Shown piece by piece: positions 38,043 to 47,719 of a stretch of DNA of 64,000 bases; the first letter of the stretch is position 1, and every line of letters starts with the position of its first letter. Position numbers and translations under genes: made by a program. The stretch is taken from sequence record DRR378314_301; one strand, 5' to 3'. Below the pieces are notes generated by a model. That model was given only the letters and a program-made list of their open reading frames with translations, was not told where the DNA came from and ran no database searches.

Positions 38043-39386
38043 TCACTCGGCGTGGTCGTGGTCATGGTCGTCATGGGAGTGATCGCCATCCGGCAATCCC
38101 AGCCAGACCAGTCCGGAAGCGGCGAAGTCCAGATCGATCGTGCGGACAATGTCACCATCTTGGGTGTCGATTTCGGTGATGGTCTGGTCGTTAGGGTTAA
38201 GCACGAACAGGCGATCTTCCGCGCCCGACCTGGCAATCGACGGAGAGGCGTCTTCGTCCCCGATCGGGCCAGTCACGTCAATGGTCGCGGCCAGGGCCCA
38301 GTCGTCGGCAGGGTGGAAAAGTCGCAGTTTGCCGTCGTCGCCCATGACATAAAACACCTCACCGTGGGCATCGAAGCCCTGGGCAATTCTCCCCACATCG
38401 TTGCCAAGGACCAGTTCGCTGTAGTTGTCAGCGGCGGCTTCGGCATCGATCACGAAAAGCTGGTTGCCGGCAATGCCCACCAACTCTTCGACACCGTGAT
38501 GCCCCTCGATTGTCCCAATTCGGCCCTCGGGCGCCAGGGAATCGGGGTTACCCAGCTTGATAGTCGGGTAGCTGGCATCGTGCAGGTCGATGGCCAGGAC
38601 GCCATCGCTGCAGCCAAACGCCACTACGTGTGCATTCGCCGCGGCGCCATGCAATCGGGGGCAGGTTTCGTTGTAGCGTTCCTCGAATTCGAAGGCGCCG
38701 TTGACGAAATCGTAGCGTTCAACCTGGTCCGGCAGGGTGGTGTCGGTTACGGCGGCGTCCCGGTAGGTGACAAACAGTTTGCCGTCCGCGAGTTTGGCAA
38801 CACCGTGCATGTTGTTGTCGAGGTCGAGTGAGGCTTCGGCGGTTCCGCCACCAAGGGATTCGTCGGTGAACACGGTGACTTTCGAGCTGGCGGCATCCGA
38901 CCCGTCAAAGAAAACGATGCCGCGCTCTTCGCCGAGAGAATAGTGGGTTGGGCGGTTGTCGTTCAGGGACAGGTTCAGCATGGTTGGCGTTTCCGCGTAG
39001 TCATGCATGTGGTCGCCGTGGTCTTCGGTGTAAAGGCCGCTGTCGATAAAGGAAACGAGATCATCGCCGCGCTGGATAGCCACGGCGTATCGGCTGTCGG
39101 GGCTGCTATAAAGCCGGGGAGCTTCACCTGTCGTTTCAAAGGTGGCCAGCGTATCAACCTCGTCATCAATGCCGAGAACCTTGATGGCACCGGCATCAGT
39201 ATCGAACAGCGCCAGACGACCGGCGGTGTCGATATCCGTGTGCTCATGGGCGTCATCGTCCGAGCTGCCGCCGCCGCACCCGGCGATCAGAACCGCAGAG
39301 AGCGCAATCGCCAAGGGAGAACGAAGCGGAAAGGTCCCGAGTCGGGAAGTATCTGAATCAGCATGAGGTCGCATTCTAATCTCCAT
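38043..39386 (-). CDS. AztD-like His-rich beta-propeller lipoprotein (zinc chaperone candidate)
   Basis: Lipobox IAGC, DSGLYTEDHGDHMHDY, CPRLHG, C-terminal DHSHDDHDHDH. Confidence 0.7.
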   Translation of the reverse strand: MEIRMRPHADSDTSRLGTFPLRSPLAIALSAVLIAGCGGGSSDDDAHEHTDIDTAGRLALFDTDAGAIKVLGIDDEVDTLATFETTGEAPRLYSSPDSRYAVAIQRGDDLVSFIDSGLYTEDHGDHMHDYAETPTMLNLSLNDNRPTHYSLGEERGIVFFDGSDAASSKVTVFTDESLGGGTAEASLDLDNNMHGVAKLADGKLFVTYRDAAVTDTTLPDQVERYDFVNGAFEFEERYNETCPRLHGAAANAHVVAFGCSDGVLAIDLHDASYPTIKLGNPDSLAPEGRIGTIEGHHGVEELVGIAGNQLFVIDAEAAADNYSELVLGNDVGRIAQGFDAHGEVFYVMGDDGKLRLFHPADDWALAATIDVTGPIGDEDASPSIARSGAEDRLFVLNPNDQTITEIDTQDGDIVRTIDLDFAASGLVWLGLPDGDHSHDDHDHDHAE

Positions 39387-39462
39387 TTTAAAAACGTTAT
39401 AACGTTGCTTTTTTGAGTGAGTCAGCGCCAGTTTGGTGGCAGCAGATTATCGATTCCGCTAT

Positions 39463-39483
39463 TAATGTTATGTTATAACATAA
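39463..39483. promoter_or_regulatory. Zur box
   Basis: TAATGTTATGTTATAACATAA (TGTTAT-N3-ATAACA); a weaker copy AAACGTTATAACGTTGCTTTT at ~39392-39412. Confidence 0.8.
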
Positions 39484-39541
39484 TTAATGTGAACCCCTGA
39501 TGTTTAACCAGTTGGGGTTTGGAACTGAGAGAGGATCAAAA

Positions 39542-39723
39542 ATGATCGTTAAAAACCATCGTTTACCCGTTACCTTCCTGCCCAGTCGCTCCAGGAAGCC
39601 GGAGAAAGCCTTGGTGAGGAAAATGAAAGAAGCGTGGCGGACCAGCTGCTGGATCAGGACCAGCTGCTGGCTGGCAAGGCATTCTGGCAAACGCTCAACG
39701 ATCCGTTTCCTGTCTGGGAGTAG
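39542..39723 (+). pseudogene. Collapsed ZigA/YciC (COG0523) zinc GTPase remnant
   Basis: RBS GAGAGGA + MIVKNHRLPVT; in a second frame QSLQEAGESLGEENERSVADQLLDQ and LLAGKAFWQTLNDPFPVWE-stop; downstream of the Zur box. Confidence 0.75.
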
Positions 39724-39823
39724 ACTGGCTTTGGGTGCCTTGGCTGGTCTGGCGTTTCAGGTCCAGCCACGCCTCAAAGATGCTGCTTGCATTTCCGGCC
39801 AGTTGGGTCGCTGTTTGGCTCAT
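39695..39823 (-). CDS. Putative 42-aa small protein
   Basis: MSQTATQLAGNASSIFEAWLDLKRQTSQGTQSQSTPRQETDR; RBS AGGAGA upstream; below the ORF-track size cutoff. Confidence 0.4.
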   Translation of the reverse strand: MSQTATQLAGNASSIFEAWLDLKRQTSQGTQSQSTPRQETDR

Positions 39824-39877
39824 GGCACCGTCTCCTGTTTGCCCTGATTCAATGAAAGCCTAGCAGCAAAAAACATG

Positions 39878-39896
39878 AATGCAAACGATTCCCATT
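39878..39896. promoter_or_regulatory. Possible Fur box
   Basis: AATGCAAACGATTCCCATT resembles the AATGATAATnATTATCATT consensus. Confidence 0.4.
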
Positions 39897-40032
39897 AACA
39901 AATTGAGATGTAAACCACGCCTGGTATTCAAAACAAGCAACCCTATGGTCGTTCGCTACCTATCTGTATACACTCTGGGAATCCGAGCCCGGACTTTTAC
40001 ATGGGGCTCCCGACACCAGGAGGTAGTAGTCG

Positions 40033-40461
40033 ATGGCAATCTGGACTCGCAGCATTCCCACCCTTGAACAGATGGCAGACGCCAGCAAAAACACCGCCGT
40101 AGACGCCATGGGCATCGAATACGTGGAAATTGGTGACGACTATGTGATCGGCCGAATTCCTGTGGACGAGCGCACGGTGCAGCCGTTTGGCATCCTTCAT
40201 GGTGGTGCGTCTGTGGTGCTGGCGGAAACCCTGGGCAGCATGGCGGCCAATTATTGCTTGCGAAAGGAAAGCCAGATAGCGGTAGGGCTGGACATCAACG
40301 CCAACCACATCCGCTCGGTTACCAAGGGGTGGGTCTATGGCACCGCGCGGCCTGTCCATATTGGTGGCACAACGCAGGTATGGGAGATCCGGCTGGAAAA
40401 CGAGGAAGGCAAGCTTACCTGTATCTCAAGGCTCACCATGGCCGTCATCGACCGGGGCTGA
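40033..40461 (+). CDS. Hotdog-fold thioesterase (YdiI/MenI/PaaI family)
   Basis: QPFGILHGGASVVLAETLGS, VGLDINANHIR. Confidence 0.93.
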   Translation: MAIWTRSIPTLEQMADASKNTAVDAMGIEYVEIGDDYVIGRIPVDERTVQPFGILHGGASVVLAETLGSMAANYCLRKESQIAVGLDINANHIRSVTKGWVYGTARPVHIGGTTQVWEIRLENEEGKLTCISRLTMAVIDRG

Positions 40462-41766
40462 GACTTCCGGTGCCTTGCGGCTGAGGATGCCCTGTTCGAT
40501 AAAGTCCTTCATCACGATGCCGTAGCTTTCATCCGGCACTTCCCGGGCAATCTTGTAGGGTTGCCCGTCACTGTCCGGAGCGTCTTTCAGCAAGTCGACT
40601 TCGCGGAAGGTTGCCAGCGGTTGCTTATGGGCGTCGCGAACCAAAAGCACTCTGGGTTTGAGCTTGCTGTTGGCGTGGGTGGTCACCACAATGCCGACCT
40701 CATTGTTGGTCATTTCCACGATGGAACCGGGTGGGTAAACGCCGATCATGCGGATAAATTCCACCGCCAGCTCCGCATCGAACTGAGCGCCCTTGTTGCG
40801 GTGGATGATCTGCAGCGCTTCCATCGAAGCCCGTCCCTTGTCATAAACCCGTGAGCTGGTGATGGCGTCGTAGGTGTCCACCAGCCCCACGACCTTCGCG
40901 AAAAATGGGATCTGGTGCCCGGACAGACCGCGTGGGTAGCCTTTGCCATCCATTCGTTCATGGTGTGAGTAAGCCACGTCAACGGCGGAGTGGGCGAGGC
41001 GGGGCAGCGCGGCCAGAACATCCCGGCCGAAGGTGGTGTGATGCTTCATGGCCGCGAATTCCTCGGGCGTAAGTGCTCCCGGTTTGTTCAGGATTTCATC
41101 GTCGATGCGCATCTTGCCAACATCATGAAGCAGGCCGCACAGGGCAACAGTGCGAATCTCTCCTTCCAGCAGTCCCAGGTGTTTGGCAAACGCGGCCGAG
41201 AGGATCGACACGTTGATGCAGTGCTCAGCGGTGTATTCGTCTTTATTCTTGATCTTGGTGAGTAGCAAAAGTGCATTGTCGTTTCGCAGTACGCTGTCGA
41301 CGCAACTATTCACCACCTGATGGATCTGGTTCATCTCCAGGGTGCGTCCCAGCCGCAGGTTGGACATGATGCTCTTCGCAGTGGCCTTGGCTTCGTTGTA
41401 GCTCATCCGCGCCGCTGACATCTCTTGGCGGGCGTCTACCTTGTTGACATAGGTAACCTTGCGCTTGGGTATGGAAGACGAGGACTGTGAGGTGGCTGCG
41501 GCGCCTGAGGCGCCATTTTTGACGGACGTTTTGCGACTGCTGATCGGTGACCGCTCGAAGGGGTCAGGCGCAACATGAACCTTTCCTTCAACGATGACCG
41601 TTTCACACTGTTGTTGAACCGCGAGTACGTCGTCCTCGGTCTGGAGAATAAAGCCCTGTAGCAGGAAGTCGGTGTCTTCCCACGGACGGTCCAGACGAAT
41701 CACATGCATCCCGATCTGTAACTGAGATACAGGGATTTCCGTTTCAACAATGTCTTCCCGGGCCAT
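40426..41766 (-). CDS. HD-GYP c-di-GMP phosphodiesterase (paralog of 33804-35156)
   Basis: LQIGMHV..LDRPW, YTAEHC, LLHDVGK, HHERMDGKGYP. Confidence 0.93.
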   Translation of the reverse strand: MAREDIVETEIPVSQLQIGMHVIRLDRPWEDTDFLLQGFILQTEDDVLAVQQQCETVIVEGKVHVAPDPFERSPISSRKTSVKNGASGAAATSQSSSSIPKRKVTYVNKVDARQEMSAARMSYNEAKATAKSIMSNLRLGRTLEMNQIHQVVNSCVDSVLRNDNALLLLTKIKNKDEYTAEHCINVSILSAAFAKHLGLLEGEIRTVALCGLLHDVGKMRIDDEILNKPGALTPEEFAAMKHHTTFGRDVLAALPRLAHSAVDVAYSHHERMDGKGYPRGLSGHQIPFFAKVVGLVDTYDAITSSRVYDKGRASMEALQIIHRNKGAQFDAELAVEFIRMIGVYPPGSIVEMTNNEVGIVVTTHANSKLKPRVLLVRDAHKQPLATFREVDLLKDAPDSDGQPYKIAREVPDESYGIVMKDFIEQGILSRKAPEVSAPVDDGHGEP

Positions 41767-41945
41767 GGGCATACTGCGCAGTCTCGAAACCGTTAATGGC
41801 ACTGAACAGGATTGGCTCTGATCAGTCTTTAAGCACCACGACGAAAGTATGAGTGAATGACGCTTCAGTGTATCGCGCGATTTCTAAAATGTTGTCAAAT
41901 GCTGTAACGGAAAATGGCAGATTCGTGATGTCAGACTAGCACGCA

Positions 41946-43322
41946 CTAGCGCCCCTGCAACATGAAGGTTTCGTACTCCAGTTTCTCGAACTTGCGGGAG
42001 AGCAACCATAGCCCGGTCAGCGCCGAAAGCAGCGTGGCCGCCGCAAAGCCATACCCGTAGAACGACGCGCCCAGTTCGATGGTGATAAACGTGAACACGA
42101 TATTGCCAAAGAAGAACAGTGCACAGAGAGTAACGTTGATACCTCGTGCATCGAGGTAGAACAGCACGTTCTGAATGGCCAGTAACAACAGCTGGATGCT
42201 GACCGCCACCAGGTCAATGTGGAACAGCGGCAGGTACAACGGAGAAATCCCGATGGCTGCCAGTATCTCCTCGCTCCAGAGGAAAACAACAATGACCGTC
42301 AACCCCTGCACTTTGAAGATCTCGTAGATGCCGTTGCGGGCAACAATCACCATCTGGTCCCGGAACCGGTTGATCCGCTCAAGCGTGTCGCCCTCCCTGA
42401 CGGCGTTGTAGAAGCGCTCATACGCCTCCGCAAAGTCGGTTTCCATTCGTACCAGGAACACCGCCATACCGGGAATAATGGACAGGTAGGCGAGGAAGAT
42501 GGGCAGGTCGTAGATCACCGATGCGCGCAGGCTGGCGATGATCGGCTGAGACGTGTCCGGATGGAACCAGAAGATAAACTTGTCCGCCCACACGGCGGCG
42601 TTGAACAGCAGGCCGGTGAGGATCAACGCCGGAAAGATCTGCCGCCGCCGGGTAAAGTCGAAGCGAATAAAATGATTGCCCGGATACTGCCGGATAATGG
42701 TGTAGAAGAAGCTGAAAAACAGCAGGCTGTGGCCCAGCAATAGTCCGGCCAGAAGCCCCTCCAGGCCAAATCGCGACAACACCATGGCGCTGACCACGGC
42801 CGTGGCATAGCCCAGCGCGAACACCACCACAATACGGCGATAGGATTTCATACTGGAGAGAAAGATGGTGACTGGCCAGAGGTTGCACAGCACCACGAAG
42901 TTGGCCAGCATCAGCAACCGGTACAGTACCGATGTCTCGCCAAAGAACAGCATCATGGCCATCAGCCCAAGCCCCAGCGAGAGCAACGTGGTGATCCAGA
43001 TCAGCCCCATCAGGTTGGGCAGGATCAGGTCACTGCGTTTTGCGTACAGCCGATCCGCCACCCAGCGGGTAAATACATGTTGGAAAAGGCCCGACAGGGT
43101 TAGTGATACTGCCATCAGGTAGGTGACCGATACCAGGAACTGCACAACTTCGGTATCGGACACCGCCAGCGTGAAGCTGATGATGCCGATCAGCATGACA
43201 CCCAGCACTGACAACACCCAGGGACCCGAGCTGATGATGCCGGCCAGGCCATAAGCCTCGAACAGATTCAGGAAACTGTCGCGCTTCAGGATGCGGCGGA
43301 TTTCGAAACCAATGCCTGCCAT
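41946..43322 (-). CDS. pelG: Pel polysaccharide export protein PelG
   Basis: MAGIGFEIR, SSGPW, TRWVADRLY, WADKFIFW, YDLPIF, ETDF. Confidence 0.95.
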   Translation of the reverse strand: MAGIGFEIRRILKRDSFLNLFEAYGLAGIISSGPWVLSVLGVMLIGIISFTLAVSDTEVVQFLVSVTYLMAVSLTLSGLFQHVFTRWVADRLYAKRSDLILPNLMGLIWITTLLSLGLGLMAMMLFFGETSVLYRLLMLANFVVLCNLWPVTIFLSSMKSYRRIVVVFALGYATAVVSAMVLSRFGLEGLLAGLLLGHSLLFFSFFYTIIRQYPGNHFIRFDFTRRRQIFPALILTGLLFNAAVWADKFIFWFHPDTSQPIIASLRASVIYDLPIFLAYLSIIPGMAVFLVRMETDFAEAYERFYNAVREGDTLERINRFRDQMVIVARNGIYEIFKVQGLTVIVVFLWSEEILAAIGISPLYLPLFHIDLVAVSIQLLLLAIQNVLFYLDARGINVTLCALFFFGNIVFTFITIELGASFYGYGFAAATLLSALTGLWLLSRKFEKLEYETFMLQGR

Positions 43323-44848
43323 TAGTTGTTCAGCCCCCTGTTGTAGATCTCTCGGTAGGCGCCGAACATGCTATCCAGGGTATAGAACCTCTGCACGCGT
43401 TCCAGACCCGCCTTCTGAGCACGGTGCCATTGCTCGGGATTCGACAGGAGCCGTAGGGCCTCCCGTGCGGTAGCCTCCGGGTCCGCAATGGGAACCACGG
43501 CACCACTGGCGCCCAGTGCCCGGTCTTCCTCGCTGGCGCCTTCCAGCAGCTCGCGGCAGGCGCCCACGTCGGTGGCCAGGCAGGGCAGGCCGGCAGCATG
43601 GGCTTCCAGAATCACGAGCGGCAAGGCCTCAGAGATGGAGGTCAGTACCATTAATCCCAGCTGGGGAAGAATCTCGTTGACGTTCTGGAACCCCAGAAAC
43701 TTCACCCGCTGATTGAGCCCCAGGCTGTCCACCAGCTCCTTGCACTCCCGCACGTAGGTCTCGTCCTCATCTTCCGGGCCAACGATCCAGCCTTCCACGT
43801 CCGGAATGGTGTCGCTGATCGAACGCATGGCGCGGATGAAGGTTTTAATATCCTTGATGGGCACCACACGGCCGACCAGTCCCAAGACTTTCGGGATGCT
43901 GTCGGGGCGAGCTTTCCGGGCCGCATCGAAGCGAGCGGGCTCAATGCCGTTGGGAATGATGCAGGTCCGTTCCTGCGGCGCGCCGTCCTGCAACTGTCGT
44001 TGCCGGTTACCCTGGTACAGTGACACGATCGGGTCCGCCTGCTGATAGGCGAGGCGCCCCAGGGCCTCGAAAAAACGGATCCAGAGCCTGCGGATGTACC
44101 CTAACTGCTCGTTCAGCGTACCGCTGACCTGGTCCGTCGGGTCGTGAATCCATTGGGCCTGGGACAGATCGATCTTGCGCTCCTTGGTGTAGATGCCGTG
44201 CTCGCTCAGCGCAAAGGGGATGCCGCGCTGCTCGCTGGCGATGGCCCCCAACAGGCCCGCATACCCGGTGGAAATAGAATGCAGCATGCGCACGGTTGGC
44301 AGTGTCCGGGCCACTTCCGCAAGCTGGAACAAGGGTGCATGCATGATGCGGATGGACCAGAAATAATCGACAAAGGACGGCTCCGTGCAGTATTTGCGGT
44401 AGTTCTCGTCAATCATTTCCCAGCTTTCCTCGCTGTACAGGAAATCGTCCCGGCTGATGCCCTGCTTCTGGCCCAGGTCGGCAAAGACCTTGTGGAGGAT
44501 GTCAGGCTGCACCGGCGTGCCGGATTTGAACTGCTCATGCAGACACCGTTGCGCGTCAAATGCGGTCTTGTTACCACGTCTTGGCCTGGGTTTGCTGGCA
44601 GCCTCGGTGTCCATCAGGTAGTGACACTCCAGGTGGGTGACGTTGTCCGGGAGAACATACTGTTGTTTGCCGTAATGTTGGCGGTCACCCCCAAGGAAGA
44701 TCAGGGCAAAGGTGTATTCCGGCAGCCCGGTAATGATCTGGTGCACCCACGATGAAACACCACCCCGTATGAACGGGTAAGTGCCTTCCAGTAACAGGGC
44801 GATATCCGCCTCGGGCTTGACGTTGGTCTTGCGTGGTCTCATAGCCAT
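43322..44848 (-). CDS. pelF: GT4 glycosyltransferase PelF
   Basis: LEGTYPFIRGGVSSW, STGYAG, EHGIYTKER, RVVPIKDIKT, SISEALPL. Confidence 0.95.
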   Translation of the reverse strand: MAMRPRKTNVKPEADIALLLEGTYPFIRGGVSSWVHQIITGLPEYTFALIFLGGDRQHYGKQQYVLPDNVTHLECHYLMDTEAASKPRPRRGNKTAFDAQRCLHEQFKSGTPVQPDILHKVFADLGQKQGISRDDFLYSEESWEMIDENYRKYCTEPSFVDYFWSIRIMHAPLFQLAEVARTLPTVRMLHSISTGYAGLLGAIASEQRGIPFALSEHGIYTKERKIDLSQAQWIHDPTDQVSGTLNEQLGYIRRLWIRFFEALGRLAYQQADPIVSLYQGNRQRQLQDGAPQERTCIIPNGIEPARFDAARKARPDSIPKVLGLVGRVVPIKDIKTFIRAMRSISDTIPDVEGWIVGPEDEDETYVRECKELVDSLGLNQRVKFLGFQNVNEILPQLGLMVLTSISEALPLVILEAHAAGLPCLATDVGACRELLEGASEEDRALGASGAVVPIADPEATAREALRLLSNPEQWHRAQKAGLERVQRFYTLDSMFGAYREIYNRGLNN

Positions 44849-45825
44849 GCCTCAATCACCGGGCGGTTGGCAGGGTGGAAACGCTCCGGTGGGCAGGCAG
44901 ACAGGTGCTGACGCACCTGGGCAAAGTCCCGCCTCAGGAACGCCACTTCCCCCAGGTAGGGCATGATCAGCTCGGGTGCTGAGCCACCCGAGAGGGCGGA
45001 ATTAAAGGCCTCTTCGGCGTTGTCGATGTTGCCCAGGGCGAGCTCCACGCGGCCGAGCAGCCGCCAGTCGTTGTGTTGAGAGCGACGGGCAACAAGACGT
45101 TTTAACACTCGCCCCGCACTTTCCAGGTAGTACTGCCGCAGGCCACCCTGAGCCAGGCCGAGGTAGGCCATCTCCCACCAGACCTGAGCCAATCTTCGCT
45201 GAAGGGAAACGCTGTCCAGATCGTCGGATGTCTGTAACGATTGCTGAAGCACCCCTGCTCGGTGGGCGAGGATCTTTTCCTTTTGCTCCAACATGGAATA
45301 GGCCAGCAGCCGAACATCGTCTGCCGGGTCTTTCAGGGCTTCCCTGAGGATATCGATGGCGTCGCGGTCATTCATCTGCCGGGTGGCCATCAGGGCTTTC
45401 AGCCGCTTGTCGGTATTGCTGGCCTCGCGCAGCACCTGGCGCAGGCCGCCCTGGCTGTAGACCACTTGAAGGTCCATATCGATCGGTTGGAACGGCAGTT
45501 CGGGAATGTCCACTTCCTGCCAGGGTATATCCCGGCTTGAACGCGGCAGGTATAAGGCAAGCAGAATACCTATTACCAGCCCCACGCTGCCTATGAAGGG
45601 GATGGCAAATTGCAGTGTGAACAGGAAAGCCCCGGTGGTAATGGGTTGCCCGCGATAACGCGATGGCAATAGCGGCAGCAGGATTATGGCCAACAGTGCG
45701 CAGGCAACGGCATGGGCAACCAGGTAGGCAGCCAACTGCACGTCGCCGGCCTCCGGGGACAGCAACCCGGTCACACCGCTGGTTTCCAGCGCAATGGCGA
45801 GTAATGCGAACCAGCTATTGGTCAT
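44839..45825 (-). CDS. pelE: PelE (TM + HEAT/TPR)
   Basis: Operon position, DPADDVRLLAY, WEMAYLGL. Confidence 0.88.
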   Translation of the reverse strand: MTNSWFALLAIALETSGVTGLLSPEAGDVQLAAYLVAHAVACALLAIILLPLLPSRYRGQPITTGAFLFTLQFAIPFIGSVGLVIGILLALYLPRSSRDIPWQEVDIPELPFQPIDMDLQVVYSQGGLRQVLREASNTDKRLKALMATRQMNDRDAIDILREALKDPADDVRLLAYSMLEQKEKILAHRAGVLQQSLQTSDDLDSVSLQRRLAQVWWEMAYLGLAQGGLRQYYLESAGRVLKRLVARRSQHNDWRLLGRVELALGNIDNAEEAFNSALSGGSAPELIMPYLGEVAFLRRDFAQVRQHLSACPPERFHPANRPVIEAWL

Positions 45826-47158
45826 GGTTGGCCCCCCGGTTCTCGAACAGGAAATTCTGCACCCACTCGTCGGCTTGTGCCCGATTGCCGATCTGCAGCG
45901 TTTGCGGCGTTACCAGGTCATTGGCGTGGAGCCCCAGTTGCTCCCTCAAGCCGTCGTCCAGTCGCTGCAGGTAGCCAGCCAGACCCAGTTCGTCAGTCAG
46001 GGGCATCAGCACCACCATATAGCGCCAGCCGTCGGAATGGTGCTCGGCAACCACATCAAGGCCGCGGCGGATTTTCTGGATATGATCGGCAATCAACTGT
46101 CCATTGCGGTTCTCGGGAAGAGGCAGCCCCACCATCGCGGCGGGGAGGCCAAAGCCTTCCGCATCGCGGCCCACACGGGCCAGGTGACGCCGAAAAGAGC
46201 GCCAGTCCGGAGAGCCACCGGCGGCCACTTCAGCCTGCTCGTGGACGATGTCCGCCATATGCCCGGCCAGAATTGCCAGTAGACGCAGAGAGCGTGCCTC
46301 AAAGCTGAAAAAGGGCATGGCTTCGATAATACAAAGGCCGATAAACCGATCTTCGGAATCAATCAGCGGGATGGCGGCCAGCAGGTCCGTGTCCAGGTCG
46401 TCCATTCGCTGTCGAAATTCGGTCTGCACGGAAACCAGTTTGCGTTCCACCAGTGCATGCTGCAGCAGGGAGTCTTTCATGTTGACTGTCCGGAAACGAC
46501 CGATGGTCGCCAGCGGTTCGTCGTCCGGCCTGCCGTCATGCACGGCGTAGATGCCGGCAATCTGTAGTTGTCCATAGCGCGCCAGCAGCTGCAACATCAG
46601 GGAAGCGGTTTCATGATTCATCCCGGATTGACTGGCGTCGCCTATCTGAGCGTACAGGCGTCGCAACGCTTCCCTGAGACTGCTGGAGCTGCCGGCCAGT
46701 TGTTGCTCCAGCCGGTCGTGGGAAACCTTTAACAGGTAATAGTTGCGGGTGAATTCCTCCAGGCGAGAGCCACGGTAGTCGTTGCTGGCTTCCAGCTTTT
46801 GGCGCTGTCGGCCCCAGTAGTCCCTGAATTCGCCCGCCAACAGACTGATGCCGAGCACGCCAACCGTCCAGACATAGGGAAATTCGCGTGTGGCCTCGTA
46901 TCCAAGACGCAGGTGGAAGCCCAGGGCAGCAATGATGAGCAGGGCTGAAATCAACGCCATGAAGAAGCCATATCTCAGGCCAACCAACAGGGGGGCCAGC
47001 ACTGGCCAGGGAAAGTTCCCGGTCAGGTAGAACGGGTCGTCTGGTCGGTGCCATACGCTGAAGGCCAGGAAAAACGCAGTGATCAGCAGCGTTTCCAGCC
47101 ATTTCAAGGCAACGGGCACCCGGGCCCGGTCGTCCCTACTCTGCTCTGATTCGTCCAT
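45815..47158 (-). CDS. pelD: c-di-GMP receptor PelD
   Basis: GLRYG, GEFRDYW, LKVSHDRLEQ, GAF, RGLD (RxxD) I-site, MPLTD. Confidence 0.93.
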   Translation of the reverse strand: MDESEQSRDDRARVPVALKWLETLLITAFFLAFSVWHRPDDPFYLTGNFPWPVLAPLLVGLRYGFFMALISALLIIAALGFHLRLGYEATREFPYVWTVGVLGISLLAGEFRDYWGRQRQKLEASNDYRGSRLEEFTRNYYLLKVSHDRLEQQLAGSSSSLREALRRLYAQIGDASQSGMNHETASLMLQLLARYGQLQIAGIYAVHDGRPDDEPLATIGRFRTVNMKDSLLQHALVERKLVSVQTEFRQRMDDLDTDLLAAIPLIDSEDRFIGLCIIEAMPFFSFEARSLRLLAILAGHMADIVHEQAEVAAGGSPDWRSFRRHLARVGRDAEGFGLPAAMVGLPLPENRNGQLIADHIQKIRRGLDVVAEHHSDGWRYMVVLMPLTDELGLAGYLQRLDDGLREQLGLHANDLVTPQTLQIGNRAQADEWVQNFLFENRGANHDQ

Positions 47159-47183
47159 AGTGAACCCAGTCGCTCTGACGGTG

Positions 47184-47708
47184 TTATCGGCTTTCGGTAA
47201 GGGGCATGGCGTCAGTCAGTTCGTCCAGGACTTTGTGCGCCGCCACGCTCAGGCTTTCGCGGCCCCAGCCGGTGCGGGCCGAGGTACCGGACCAGACCAC
47301 TCGGTTGTCGTCCGCGCTGCGTATTTCCAGCGTAATGCCAACAGCGGGCTCGCCGTCCAGCCCACTTTTATAGCGCCACTCTTCCACGGTACCGGTGAAC
47401 AGGTAGTCGGCGTCGTCGTTGCGGGCGGAACGCAGGGCTGTCTGTTGTCGTTCGCTGCTTTCGTACAGCAGGGGGTTGCGGTCGTCCGGCAGGTAAAGGG
47501 TTACATCGTCGCTGCCCTTGGCCCTGAGAATGGCTGATAACACGCTGGCGGCCTGGTCGCCCGCCTGGGGTGTCTGGGACAGGTTGATCAACGGCAGAAC
47601 CGCGAAACGGCTATCTTCCGGAATCGGTGAGCCCTGTTGGCTCTGGATAACGGAACAGCCGGCCAGAAGCAGAAGTGCGAGCCAGAGGCTGTGGCGTAGT
47701 GTTTTCAT
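47184..47708 (-). CDS. pelC: Outer-membrane lipoprotein PelC
   Basis: Lipobox LAGC, NLSQTPQAG, EEWRYKSGLDGEPAVG. Confidence 0.95.
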   Translation of the reverse strand: MKTLRHSLWLALLLLAGCSVIQSQQGSPIPEDSRFAVLPLINLSQTPQAGDQAASVLSAILRAKGSDDVTLYLPDDRNPLLYESSERQQTALRSARNDDADYLFTGTVEEWRYKSGLDGEPAVGITLEIRSADDNRVVWSGTSARTGWGRESLSVAAHKVLDELTDAMPLTESR

Positions 47709-47719
47709 ATCGGTCTCCT

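Noticed and set aside
39500-39847. 115-aa ORF from the track as a real protein
   Set aside because: Only its first codons match the ZigA-like start; the rest is frameshifted read-through across the pseudogene.
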